Shown: positions 26,203 through 40,247, counted from the stretch's first letter. The stretch: DNA of 64,000 nt from Eledone cirrhosa (GCA_964016885.1 CAXHJY010000750.1:1-64000), one strand, 5' to 3'. Made by a program: numbers and translations. Notes: a model not told the origin generated them from the sequence alone.

Positions 26203-27296
26203 ACCAGATAGAATAATGCGTACAGCAAAAAAAGTAATATTGTTGGAATATAAACCTTTAAAAATACAGGACAAGAAACTAAAATAAAACTTTAAAAGAA
26301 TAGGACAAGAAACTAAGATAAAACTTTAAAAGAATAGGATAAGAAACTAAGATAAAACTTTAAAGAATTGGACAAGAAATAAAAAAATTTACAATAATAT
26401 TAGTGGCATAATTTTTATTGGTAAAAAATCGAGTTCCACATTCATAGACTCTGGGTTCCACATTCAGAGGTAGTCGTCAGACCGGGGGGATCATTTGATT
26501 CTGGTTTGAACACCAATTGGGCCATAACCATACCCCTATTTCATCATTCGGCGACACGCCTCATGTGTCATGCATAATGTGAATGGACCCATGGGCCCAT
26601 GAGCACAGATCTTGAGCAGCAGCAGACGGTCTTGTCGTCCCGCTCATACTTGATCTTGACCAACCCGTCCATCTTCTCCTTGCATCTTGTCCTTGAGTTC
26701 AAGTCCGGCAGTCCAGATGAATGCGTGCCACAGCTTTCTGGTACAGGAAGGGGGAGCAGGAGGACTGGAGGGATGACGGGACAGAGGGAGGGAGGACCGG
26801 TGGTTGAGGGAGGTGCCGTAGTCGGTGGTCAGAGTCGACATCTTGTCCCGGTCGTCTTCTCCATCTCCGTTTGGTGTTGCGGGACCAGAAGTGCATTCTT
26901 GAAGGAGACCTGCAGCTGCATCGGCCAATTCTTCTTGCAATGGTCATTCTGACAGAGCAGAACTGCTCAGCCAACCAACCCCAACCAGAACCAACCGCTC
27001 AGGGGCAACGCACAATGAGAGCATGACAATTATTATGCACTAATCAAGAAGATACTGGGGCATAGCACAGGAAACGAATAAAAAAATGTTGCCACTAATA
27101 TTATTGTAAAATTTTTTATTTCTTGTCCAATTCTTTAAAATTTTATCTTAGTTTCTTGTCCTATTCTTTTAAAGTTTTATCTTAGTTTCTTGTCCTATTC
27201 TTTTAAAGTTTTATTTTAGTTTCTTGTCCTGTATTTTTAAAGGTTTATATTCCAACAATATTACTTTTTTTTGCTGTATGAATTTTTCTATCTGGT
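26203..27296. repeat. ~205-bp inverted repeats (26203-26408 / 27090-27296) containing ~3.3 copies of a 34-bp unit and flanking a GC-richer core
   Basis: Near-perfect reverse complement; unit GGACAAGAAACTAAGATAAAACTTTAAAAGAATA at 26269, 26303, 26337 and 26370. Confidence 0.9.
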
Positions 27297-27569
27297 CTAC
27301 TATTTTTTAAGGCAATGCAAGCAACAACTATCTAATAATTAAATGATCACAGTGAATTACTGACAAGTGATTGACATTTTAAAGTTCTTTTGAGTATAAT
27401 TGCAATCTAGTTGAGGCAACTGGCTTAATGACAAAGCTAGTAAATCATGAATGCATTTGAGATGATTAGTGCATAATAGTGAATTGGTGAAACGTGTGCA
27501 TTTCAATGGTGTTACAACAATAGATGTAAGTTATATAGTAGTAATACTTTATCATTTTAACTTTTTAGA

Positions 27570-27929
27570 ATGGACAAAAACCCATGCAAAGAAATGACTT
27601 TGACTGCAGTGATTCTCTCCAATTTACTTACAAAGCAAAACGTGGTCAAATACCTTATCATCTCTGATAAAATGCCCATTGAATCACTGAAAATCGGATG
27701 CATGGAATTCCTCATAAAATGCACCTATGAATCGGAAGCCATCACATATATCAATGGATATAGGGAGTTGTTCACACTGGAAGACCATCACTTCATTTGT
27801 GACTTCATCAGTTATCTCCACGATTATCTCAGACACCCAATGCCATTGATGAGAGGTGTTCCAATGTGTGAGCATGTAACTAATCCTATAGAAGTTGTTA
27901 TCGACCACCTGGCTTTTAGTGACATTTGA
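27570..27929 (+). CDS. Hypothetical 119-aa protein, possibly a terminal exon
   Basis: Non-repetitive ORF with normal amino-acid composition, preceded by acceptor-like TTTTAACTTTTTAG and followed by AATAAA at 28015; no family recognised. Confidence 0.4.
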   Translation: MDKNPCKEMTLTAVILSNLLTKQNVVKYLIISDKMPIESLKIGCMEFLIKCTYESEAITYINGYRELFTLEDHHFICDFISYLHDYLRHPMPLMRGVPMCEHVTNPIEVVIDHLAFSDI

Positions 27930-28109
27930 CTGATTTGACTGATAATGATGTATTTTTAAAAAGTATGTGTACATTCTTGTTACTATTTTAAGGCAATGCA
28001 AGCAACAACTATTTAATAAAATTTAAATTTAAAAATGGCCATTGTGCATTACTAGTATGATGACATTTTATTAAGTCACACAATTAGTCAGTCAGCCATA
28101 GAACAAGGA

Positions 28110-28905
28110 TCAGGTGGCAAAAACATTGGCAAAAATTTGTGTCAATTTAAGATTTCCAACATTGTTCAAATGAATCATATCTGGTTTGAAGTCAGATTTG
28201 TCAAATTTTGACCAATTTTCAATGTTGTGAAGATTGGGCAAGTTCAATTTTTGAATAATTTCTTTCATGCAGTAATTAAACTTTTCCAAACGAGAATTTC
28301 TCTTGTCAAAGTCATTTTTATTTTCAATTACACTTTGTGGACGTGGAATGACACCACTGTAGAAAATGGGTGTACAGTGGTGCTTTTCCGCTATTTTCTG
28401 TAGCCTTGCAAAGAGACTCTTCTCCTGTTTTTCCGGTTTTGTGCCTCGAATGGGCACTTTGTCCTTAATTTACAAATAAATGATTAATAAAAAATACTTG
28501 GGCAAAAATTATTGTATTACTTTGCACAGCTTTGTAGTGCCAACGGTGCGACGAGGATTCAGATCATTAGAGCCGACATGAGCCACCAATACTTTCACAA
28601 AAGGACAACAGATAACAATGTTGGCGATTAACATTACCTGGCCCTGACGGGCCACAGGTATACAAAATATCTAAGTATTTTTGTTGGTATGATAAGTAAA
28701 TACATTTGAATTAATATTTTTATACCTTCTGGTCATTCGATTTCGCCACATTTCTAATTATGGATTTGTAAAAACTGGCATGAATGTGAATTTGATCAGT
28801 CCAATTGCCCGATTTTAGTGAAAAGTTTTGATTCGAAATGGAAATACTCCATTTCCGTGCCATGGAAAAAATGAATAAGCCGATCAAAAAGCCGCGAAAC
28901 ATCAT
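28110..28905 (-). CDS. SGNH/GDSL hydrolase-like protein, 3 exons (28905-28726, 28670-28521, 28463-28110), 227 aa
   Basis: Two phase-0 GT-AG introns (55 and 57 nt) join an uninterrupted frame with SGNH-like blocks in order: YKSIIRNV (GDS-like), IFCIPVAR, AHVGSND, YSGVIPR, PDMIHLNNVG (DxxH); AATAAA about 40 nt after the stop. Confidence 0.8.
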
Positions 28906-28952
28906 TTTTAATTAAGCTAAATTAGTGGATGCAAATCTCAGAAAATATTGTA

Positions 28953-29025
28953 CACTATTCGCACCTATCGCACTATTCGCACCTATCGGTACAAAAATAT
29001 AGCGCACTATTCGCACCTATCGGTA
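28953..29025. repeat. Three copies of the 18-mer CACTATTCGCACCTATCG
   Basis: Copies at about 28953, 28971 and 29005. Confidence 0.85.
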
Positions 29026-29809
29026 CAAAAAATCGCACGACTGTTAATAATACTAGAAGTGCAAACTATCTGTTGAATACCTGGTATATGAAGAGCAACC
29101 GATACGATCGGTCGGCGATCGGTCTTGAAGAAGAATGAAGAATGAAGTGAAATTTTGGTCTGGTTGTTGTCATCGGTGTTTCGCAGAGATGCCGGCACGA
29201 ACAAAGGTGTCAGTGACACAAAGTTGTCCGCTTGAACAAAGGTGTCGGTCCGACAAAGGTGTCAGTCAGACAGACAGTCAGACAGTGTCACAGTCGGTGC
29301 GACAAAGCGATCGATGCGATTAAAAAAAATTTAACTCACATGTTTACCTATATTTTCGCAAACTATTGATAGATTGGTACAAAAAATAGCTTTGATAATA
29401 AACATAAATTTTTAACGAAATATTTAAAAAGCATTTTAGCAGTGAAAAGTGAAGTAATGTTTCACACTGACGCAAGTAGGGCCGTTCAGAAATGACGTAG
29501 TCAATTAGGAGGAGGGGATTCGGCGATTTGACTACATTTGACTAACGTAATCACAATCACAAGAGTTCCGCCGAAAAAAATTCGTCATTTCTGGATTACC
29601 TCCCCTAGCGTCACGCTTACTACTCACTCACTTGAACACAAGATTTATCTGCAAACTTTGATTATAAACTTTTCCCGCTGGACCAAATTTCTAGATTTTT
29701 AAGCCAAAAGATGCGTAATGATATACTGTTCATGCTCATATAAGTTTTATCTCAGTTAAATAAAGTAGAGCCGCGCTGTACTGTCGTAAACACGACCACA
29801 ACAATATTA

Positions 29810-29833
29810 CTAAACGGACTACCGTCCGTTTAG
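29810..29833. other. Perfect 10-bp hairpin at the cassette boundary (possible rolling-circle element terminus)
   Basis: CTAAACGGAC-TACC-GTCCGTTTAG immediately before a (TA)n tract. Confidence 0.55.
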
Positions 29834-29834
29834 G

Positions 29835-29985
29835 ATATATGCTGTATATATATATATGTTGTATATATATATATGTATATATATGTTGTATATATATATA
29901 TGTTGTATATGTATATATATATTGTATATATATATATGTTGTATATATATATATGTATATATATATATATGTATATATATATATG

Positions 29986-30078
<93 letters not shown>

Positions 30079-30089
30079 GTATATATATG

Positions 30090-30120
<31 letters not shown>

Positions 30121-30121
30121 G

Positions 30122-30168
<47 letters not shown>

Positions 30169-30307
30169 GTATATATATATGTATATATATATATGTATAT
30201 ATATATATGTATATATATATGTATATATATATATATGTATATATATATGTATATATATATATATATGTATATATATATGTATATATACATATATGTATAT
30301 ATATAGG

Positions 30308-30356
<49 letters not shown>

Positions 30357-30472
30357 GTATATATATATGTATATATATATATATGTATATATATAGGTAT
30401 ATATATATATGTATATATATATATATGTTGTATATATATATGTATATATATATATAGGTATATATATATATG

Positions 30473-30504
<32 letters not shown>

Positions 30505-30537
30505 CAACATATATATATATATATGTATATATATATG

Positions 30538-30584
<47 letters not shown>

Positions 30585-30649
30585 GTATATATATATGTAT
30601 ATATATATATATGTATATATTTGTATATATATATATATGTATATATTTG

Positions 30650-30723
<74 letters not shown>

Positions 30724-30751
30724 CATATATATATATATACATATATATATA
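29835..30751. repeat. (TA)n microsatellite
   Basis: Direct inspection. Confidence 0.97.
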
Positions 30752-31200
30752 TGGTGGCTGCCAACTCGTTTTCGAGTACGGCCACTACTTTATATCCATG
30801 TAGGAGAACCCCTACCGATGCGCTGAACGAGTGTGACTTTTCAGTCCGGCCAGCGACTTGAAAACCCCGGTACAAACACTACACATGTGACAATTATTGA
30901 CACATAGTGCTGGGCCCATGGTGCCATGTGACGACAAGTGCAGAGAGATCTCCAGATATAAAGCAATGCCTGTGCCGTGAAGCTTTTATAGTGAGCAAAG
31001 GCACTGCACAAAGCCAGTCCCACTCTCTTAACCAAGATGATATTTACCAAAAAGAAGAACAAGTCAACATCATTGGATATCATCAGGGTTGCAGGTGTGA
31101 TATCAGAGTTTTCCTTCTCCTAGAATTCTGCCTTGACAAAGGCTAAGGGGTCATCTCTCCCGGTGATTTTGGATGGCCATTGACTTTTAAGAGCTCCTTT
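30752..31200 (-). mobile_element. RTE-like LINE 3' fragment with C2H2 zinc-finger remnant
   Basis: Minus strand reads [22 protein letters not shown]; the 3' end (TACTCGAAA..GAGTTG.CAGCCA) is shared with 34367-34470. Confidence 0.65.
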
Positions 31201-32597
<1,397 letters not shown>

Positions 32598-33235
32598 AAA
32601 AATAATCATGCATCTAGCATTTTTTGTATATCATTACACTTTTTTTTCTAATCTCTGGAGGTTCCCATGAAAAAAAAAAAAACACACGCACACACTCACA
32701 AATGAAAAAAAAAAACGGGAAAAAAAGACAGTACCACCGTACATTTATTGAAAATTATTTTAGGAGTAATGCACAATTGTTTGTGCTTCATAAAGGTGCT
32801 ACAAGCATTAACAGATTTCGAATCTCTAATGTACACCTACATCGACGGAATTGCACTAGCGTGAGTGTGTGTGTATATGGAGGAGAGATACTCTTCTCTG
32901 CTTACTCTCTTAATAGATCTGTCTACGTGTCTGAGATTAAGATCGTTTTAGTTCAACAACACATCCATCAGATAAGGTCACCAAAACAAGATTAGCATTT
33001 TTTTAAATCAACCAGTTATATGTAGACACATGAACGATGTTCTTTCGTTCCTTCCTTCGTTCTATATATCTATCTATCTATCAAATTTATGTATGTATGT
33101 ATATATACACACACGTGTGTGTGTATACATACATACATATAAAAGATAAGTAGACGATAGTTCTTGTATCGACATAACTGATTGCTATATGTGTGTGTGC
33201 ATGCGTGTGTGTATGTATGTATATATATATATATA

Positions 33236-33268
<33 letters not shown>

Positions 33269-33420
33269 GCATTATATCTATATATATATGCGTCTGTGTG
33301 TATGTATGTATATATACGTATATATATATAAATATATATACGTATACACACACACATATATATAGATGTGTATAGATATAATGCATATATATATATATAC
33401 ACACACATATATACACACAC

Positions 33421-33469
<49 letters not shown>

Positions 33470-33472
33470 CAT

Positions 33473-33662
33473 GTGTGAGTTCGATTCTCTGACCGAGAGA
33501 TCCGTTGTGTCCTTGAGTAAAACGCTTGATTTTCGCGTTGCCCCAGTTCACTCAGCTGTAGAAATGAGTTGGAATGTCATTGGTACCAAGCTGTATCGGC
33601 CATTGCCTTTCCCTTGGACAACATCGTTGGCGTGGAGAGGGGAGACTAGTATGCATATGCAT
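33473..33662 (+). mobile_element. tRNA-derived SINE fragment (family also at 38655-38945 minus and 34940-35030 minus)
   Basis: B-box GAGTTCGATTC, TTGTGTCCTTGAGTAAAAC core, and ACTCAGCTGTAGAAATGAG shared across the three loci. Confidence 0.75.
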
Positions 33663-33679
33663 GGACAACATAAAAAAAA

Positions 33680-34470
33680 CCTTGACCAGGCTTCTGTGGT
33701 GTTCTACCAACCTGTACCATGCAAAGCTTATTCTACACCAAACATATATCTATGACCAGAAACTGTGAATGTGACCAATACTCTGGATAAAGAAATCTCC
33801 CTCTGAATCAAAGAGGCAAATGATGCATTTGAAAAACTGGATGGACGTCTATGGTCTCAGCATGGTATTTCCATTGAGACAGTTAAAAGTGTATAATGCT
33901 GGTCTTTTGTCCTCTTTGTTGTATGCATCTGAGATTTGGGTCACTTACCGAAGACATCTCAAAAGTTTGGAACACTTTCACCAACAGTGCCTTCGACGTA
34001 TTCAGGGCATTCACTGGAAAAGGTACGTGAGCTGACACTGAAGTACTTGAACGCAGTTTATCTATTAGTATAGAGTCTCTCATATTTGAATCTCATCTGT
34101 TTAAGTATCTTGGCATGCAGATTGATTTAACCTGTGAAGAATGTGGCCGGTTATGTCTAATTAAGAGTGGGGGGGGGGGGGCTTGAAAGTCACCGGGAAA
34201 GCCACGTTCACGGGGACACTGTCAATTGTGCATTGTATGGCATTTCTGTTTGCAGTGAGTGTGGAAAAGAGTGTGTCTCAGTTGGACTGAAACGTCATTT
34301 CAAAGTGCACCAAAACAGGACCGTAACACCTACTGTGAAAGCCCCCCCCCCATTGTTGCAGCATCTGTGCAAGTGTATGCAAGTCCCTAGCAGGACTAAA
34401 AAGCCACGTCCGTGCTGCTCATGCTTAGGTGTGAAGCAATAGTATTACTCGAAATAGAGTTGCAGCCATC
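33680..34470 (+). pseudogene. Decayed RTE/BovB-like LINE 3' portion (RT C-terminus plus C2H2 fingers)
   Basis: LKVYNAGLLSSLLYASEIWVTYRRHLKSLEHFHQQCLRRI; CSECGKEC..GLKRHFKVH; frameshifts and stops. Confidence 0.85.
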
Positions 34471-34521
34471 GTATATAAATGTATATATATTTGTATGTAC
34501 GTATATGTATATGTACGTATA

Positions 34522-34558
<37 letters not shown>

Positions 34559-34739
34559 AAAGTTATGTAATAAACAACATAAGATAATTATTTCATTTAC
34601 CAGACATAACATCTGCCTTCAAGAAACCACTGGTAAATGAAATAATTATCTTATGTTGTTTATTACATAACTAATGAGCTCTGTAGCCTACATAGAGCAC
34701 TCTTTTTTCCGACGGAAATACTCCATCTATACATATATA

Positions 34740-34900
34740 TCATCATCATCATCATCATCATCATTTTACGTCCGCCCTTCCCTGCTTGCAAGGGTAGGAC
34801 GGAACTGATTCTGGCTTGATTTCCACAGCTGGATGCCCTTCCTAACACCAACCTGATTTAGAGTGAGTGCTGGGTGCTTTTTTCCGTGGCGCCTACACGT
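34740..34900 (-). mobile_element. SINE/LINE 3' end with (ATG)n tail
   Basis: (CAT)n followed by ACGTCCGC...GCTGGATGCCCTTCCTAACACCAACC, an RTE-type tail recalled from invertebrate SINEs. Confidence 0.55.
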
Positions 34901-35395
34901 CCACTTTACAATGGAATAATATGGACCCCAGTCCCTATCATCTCATTTCTACAGCTGAGTAAACTGGAGCAATGTGAAATAAAGTGTCTTGCTCAAGGAA
35001 ACAACACATCACCCAGTCTGAGAATTGAACTATATATATATATATATATATTAATTCAAAATATTAACAACAATAGAACTTCTTGTGATCAAGTATATTT
35101 TATTATACATATTTCAGAGGTACTGAGCTAACTTCAACAGAACGTCCACATCAGATAAAAAAAAAAAAATATATATATATGAATGTATGTATGTATATAT
35201 GTATGTATATATATATGTATGTGCCAGAGAGTGCAAGTCTTTGTCTGGTTTGAAAAGCCACATTCGTAATAGAATATGTATGTATATATTCTATTATATA
35301 TCTATCCATACACACACACATATATATATATATGTATATATATATGTGTATATATATATATATATATATGTGTGTGTTTGTGTACATATATATGC

Positions 35396-35426
<31 letters not shown>

Positions 35427-35429
35427 GGA

Positions 35430-38300
35430 AAAAGTATGACCCCGACGGCAGAGCTCAAGCCGTTTCGACGGCTATTTCTGGACTAAATTATAATTTTTAG
35501 CCTGGTGAATAAATAGCCGAACTTTTCAAGGGGGTACTTCCAGATATGGGAAGATTGTAGTTGTCAAGAGGGTTGGTTAAAATTTGTTATAAACACAAAT
35601 AAATCTATCATGGCATTTGGTGGGAAGTAGGGATAGCTGAACTTGCCTGTAGAACAATAGGGGAGTGAGTGGAGCGGTCAAGCTTGAAAGTGATAACTAT
35701 ACATCAAATTCTAAGGATAGTGTATGAAGTGGGGGAGGGAGGTTATAGAATAGGTAAATCGAAAGAGAGTAGGAGACAATAAAAGATACTAGAAAGAAAT
35801 AAAAAAAAAATATATATAAAATTAGATAGCGAGAAAAGAATAAAGAAATCACAATGCTATCTTAGAATTACAGGTTAATAAGTTGAGAATAGAAAAAACT
35901 TATAGAAATTACAAAACAGATACAAACTTAAAGGGGTTTTTAACAATTCTGCTATAAGTAGTTAGTAAAACGTATTCGGCCAATTCTATCTTAAAATAAC
36001 AGGGGTGGGGGAACTGATGCTACAAGGCCCGATGGGCTGCATCGGGGTAGGCGAAAGGGGAAAGCAGACGAGGAAGAAAATAGGGGGTGGAAGGAAGTGA
36101 TAGGATGAGACAGGGGGAAGAAGGAGACAAAGAGGAAAAGAAAAGAGATACATTTACCTATGTAAGCTGGGGCTTCCCCTAACTTATTCGGCAAGTGTGT
36201 GTGTGTGTGTGGGGGGGGGGGGGGGAGTATCAGCCCTTGTCTACCCACCCGGGTCGTTATAGGGTTTGAGGGCGAGGTAAGTCCTACGCAATCTGTGTTT
36301 GCATGCGGTTACCAATTCATCTTTCTTTTTTAGGAGTTGGTCCTTCGAAAACAGTATAAGTTACACGGACGGCGTCCTCCCGTGTAAGAGTTTGCTCTGG
36401 ACAGTAAGCTCCAAGTGAGATTGTAGGTTATATTGTTATCTTGGTGGTCCCAGATGTGGCCCGAATGTGTAGTGGCATGTCGCCGAACCGGGTTTCGGAA
36501 AGTGTGTCGGTGTTGGTAGTGCCGGGTCTTGAAGTCACACGTGGTTAACCCTATATAAGCTTTGTTGGAGGTGTCCGTCCTCACGTTGCACTGGTAGATC
36601 ACGTTACATTCTCGGCATTTGTTGTTGAGGGGGAACGTGGATCTATCAGGGCAGTTACACCTCCTGGTCGGCTCTCCATTGATGTCTAGGTTATTTCTTC
36701 CATAGGGGTTGAGATTTTTGTTGTTTGAGGAGACGATGTTTTGTGCGAAGTTAGGTGTGGTGCTGTAGGAGAGTTTGATGGTGTTGTGATAGCGGTGTTG
36801 TAGTGGGAAGTGTTTTTCGAGGAGTCTACAGAAGATTTTCCCGATAGGTGTTGCCACCTCGGCATTGTGGGGAGGATTGAACCACGTTACGTTGCGTGAG
36901 CGGCGGTGTCGCCTGCTGGTTCCGCTAAGGGAAGCTGAATAAAAGGATATTTCCTCCCGGAAGCCACTCCGCTTGAGGGCCTCGTTGTAATGAGGCACGT
37001 CTTCGTCGAATATCTGTTCATTAGCGGACAAACGAGATATGCGGAGGGAGATGTTTTTAACCAGGTTATTGGAGATGTTTCTAGGATGGTTAGAGCGGCT
37101 ATGATGTAGTGCAGGTTGTCGTTTGGTTTCCTGTATGGGTAGTACAGATCATTTTCGAGGTTAAGGGTAACGTCCAGGAAATTGACTCGGGTTAGGGACG
37201 TTTGTAGGGTGATTTTAAATCCCCAGTCCCGGAAGAAGTTGATTAGTTGTTTACGGACCCGGTCTGTACTACTGGGGTTGTACCCTTTGAGGGTGAGGAG
37301 CCCATCATCCCGGTACAATCTACCGCCGAATGCAGGAAACATTTCGGTGAGTTTAAATAGTAGGAATAATCCTATAAGATCTGTGACCTCGGCCGAATCC
37401 GTCGCGCCGATACTGACGTCGAAGGGGGAGTCTGGAGCTCTCTTTATCCACTTGGAGTTGTCGAAAAGTAGGACTGTCTTCCTGGCGTGGAGGATGATAT
37501 TTCTTTACTGGTCAGTGATGGGTGTGAGTGTTTCGGCAAAGTCCAAGGCGGCCGTAAGGAGCGGTAAGGTAATAGATGCATAGTAACTCTCTATGTCAAA
37601 CTGGATGAATTTTGTGTCTCGTTTGTCCTCCATATTCCTGAACCATGAGATTACTTCCTGGGTGCTGACCCATAAGCTAAGTCTCACGTTTTGCTTAACT
37701 TTTGGTATAACTCGGTCTAGGATCTTTTTACTGATTCTCCCTATGTCCGACTTCGTTGGGTTTATATGCCTAATGGATGGTTTGCGGTCGAAGTCGGATT
37801 TGTGGTCCCTCAGTGTGAAGTAGGTAGTCTGTGAGTCTAGGGGTTCCGTGCGGTCGGCGACCCCGAGTCTGGAGGTAATTTGTTGTCCATCTCGATTAAT
37901 GTCCTCGATAATTGAATGGTTAGCCTTTTTATAGGTGGAGTTTAGGCTGCTCCTGATCATTGTGTGGTATCTGTCAGGGTTAACGAAGTAGAGGTTTCCA
38001 GTTTTGTCCGAGTGCACCATGATGTCGTTGGTGTTTTCATACTCTGTTATTTTGCTACGGAGTTGTAGGAATCTGTTGTGTCTGGGTTTGAATTTAATGC
38101 TCTTGACCAGGTGGAAAAAGTCGTCTCGAAGGGTGAGAGCATAGGGTTCGGAGGGGGAGATTTATAGGTATTGAATCCGAATCTCTCCTTGGTGTCGAAG
38201 TCCTGATTGTCGCGGTATCTATCGTAGAAAAAAGTTCTCCATCTTAGTCTTTTCGCAAAAAACGTCGATTTTTTTGCGTGAGCATCCGAAGGTAAAGTTT
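35430..38300 (-). mobile_element. Penelope-like retroelement, frameshifted RT + GIY-YIG endonuclease (about 38280-36330), 3' UTR/pseudo-LTR with hammerhead
   Basis: FIQFDIESYY, LYRDDGL, VNFLDVTLNL, VTWFNPP and NVIYQC...AYIGLT..FKTR across ORF fragments 37505-38020, 36887-37342 and 36330-37031. Confidence 0.95.
35439..35535 (-). ncRNA. Penelope-associated type I hammerhead with U3-A8 core and full stem III
   Basis: Minus strand CCCC-TTGAAAA-GTTCGGCTATTT...AAATAGCCGTC-GAA-ACGGC(TTGAGCTCT)GCCGT-C^-GGGG. Confidence 0.8.
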
Positions 38301-38305
38301 TCTCG

Positions 38306-38560
38306 GTGGAACTGGGATGTTACCACAACATAATGAACAAAAATACCATCAATCTCTCCTACAGCACTACACCTAACTTCGCACAAAACATCGTCTCCTC
38401 AAACAACAAAAAACTCAACCCCTATGGAAGAAATAACCTAGACATCAGTGGAGAGCCAACTAGGTGGTGTAACTGCCCTGATAGATCCACGTGCCCCCTC
38501 AACAACAAATGCTGAGAACGTAACGTGATCTACCAGTGCAACGTGAGGACGGACACCTCC
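38306..38560 (+). mobile_element. Inverted duplicate fragment of the Penelope linker/endonuclease region
   Basis: LSYSTTPNFAQNIVSSNNK.LNPYGRNNLDI matches about 36570-36790 in the opposite orientation. Confidence 0.92.
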
Positions 38561-38618
38561 AGACTGCGCATCAACATGAGATATTTTTCTCCACAAAGTT
38601 CGATCACTAACAGCAGAG

Positions 38619-38654
<36 letters not shown>

Positions 38655-38659
<5 letters not shown>

Positions 38660-38945
38660 AAGACCCCCTTCGGTCTCGAATGACCATGGGATTTGTACCT
38701 ACAAAGTTTCCCTCTGAGGCACAAGTCCAAGGAAGGTTGTTTGTGGAAGGCCAACAGTCGCCAATGCATACCAGCCTCCCCTCTCCACACCACAGATGAT
38801 GTCCAAGGAAAAGTCAATGGCCGATACAACTTGGCACCAGTGCCGTCGCAACTCATTTCTACAGCTGAGTAAACCGGAGGAACGTGAAATAAAGTGTCTT
38901 ACTGAAGGACACAATGCATCACTCGGTCCAAGAATCGAACAAACA
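38655..38945 (-). mobile_element. tRNA-derived SINE
   Basis: Reverse-complement homolog of 33473-33662, with a tail ending at (TA)n. Confidence 0.75.
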
Positions 38946-38967
38946 ACCATACGATGAGATTTGGGAA

Positions 38968-40021
38968 GGAACTCCTTCAAAGATACTCCCTGCATGATAA
39001 TCAAATACTCACACCCGGGAAATTGCCCAGTGAATCCATGGTTGAAAAACCACATACTCATCAGCAAAGATTTATGCATAGATATGTTGCCTGGAAGCGC
39101 CAGAGAGAGAGTAGTATATATAAGCGAAGCAGTCTATCTTGAACCAACAACCGCTATCTTAGTTCTCACTTTGAAAGATATGCTTTTCCAATCCAAAAAC
39201 AGCAAATCAACACAAAATACCTGATTCACAAAAGATATAAGGATGCAGGCAAAACACCTAGATATGACAACAAATGCAGAATCTGCAGAATTAACATCGA
39301 TGATGTCACTCATGTCATAAGCAGCTGTCCAAAGATGTCATCACGGTACTATCTACCTATGAGACATGATGTAGTTGCCAAAACACTGTACAATGCAATC
39401 CGTAGAAAGGATAACCTCGACAATTAACATATTAAAAGTTACAGCAATATGGAAGACATATACATACATAATATGAAAGAGTACTGGTGGAATGTTCCAG
39501 TCAAAACCTCAATAAAATGCAGGCATAACAGGCCAGGTATTAGCTAAAAGGAGAATATCTATGCAAAACTAATGAGAAATCTGCAGATACTCCACTCTGA
39601 CTATTCCTTCAGATTTATACCTGTGATTATTGTGGTATTGGGATATGTTAGTAACTGCCTCAGTAAAAATCTTGAGAAGCTGGGCTTCACAGAAACAGAA
39701 AGAACACGACTAGTTAGAAAATTACAAGTACAATCCATTAATGGAACAGTAAAAAATATGTAAAACATTCTAAAAATTCTGCATGTAATAACTGCATATA
39801 CACATATACAAAGCATATGCACATGCACACATATAACTCAAAACATACACACCCACACATACAATAACATACATTCCTACACACATACGCACACATGCTG
39901 ACATGCATACATATCTACCTAGTTGTTGTGTAAATTCCAATGAGAGAGTCTTGTATCTATGTTAGAAACCGACTCTCTCTCTCTATTCGTAAAAATTCAT
40001 AAAATTATAAAACCAGAAGAA
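38968..40021 (+). mobile_element. R4/Dong-like RLE non-LTR retrotransposon 3' fragment
   Basis: Homologous to 47517-48385; encodes CRICRINIDDVTHVISSC (CCHC) and MRHDVVAK; 3' UTR shared with 45765-46250. Confidence 0.85.
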
Positions 40022-40180
40022 CACACACACACACGCACACACACATACACACACATACACATACACACATACACACACACGCACGCGCGCACACACATAC
40101 ACACACATATATATATACATATATATATAAAGAAACATCGTATATATATATGTGTATGTATATATATATATATGTGTATA

Positions 40181-40247
<67 letters not shown>

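Noticed and set aside
35100-35158. Possible minus-strand HHR (CTGATGT...GAAATATGTA)
   Set aside because: Core A9 is missing, stem II is poor and the stem I register is inconsistent.
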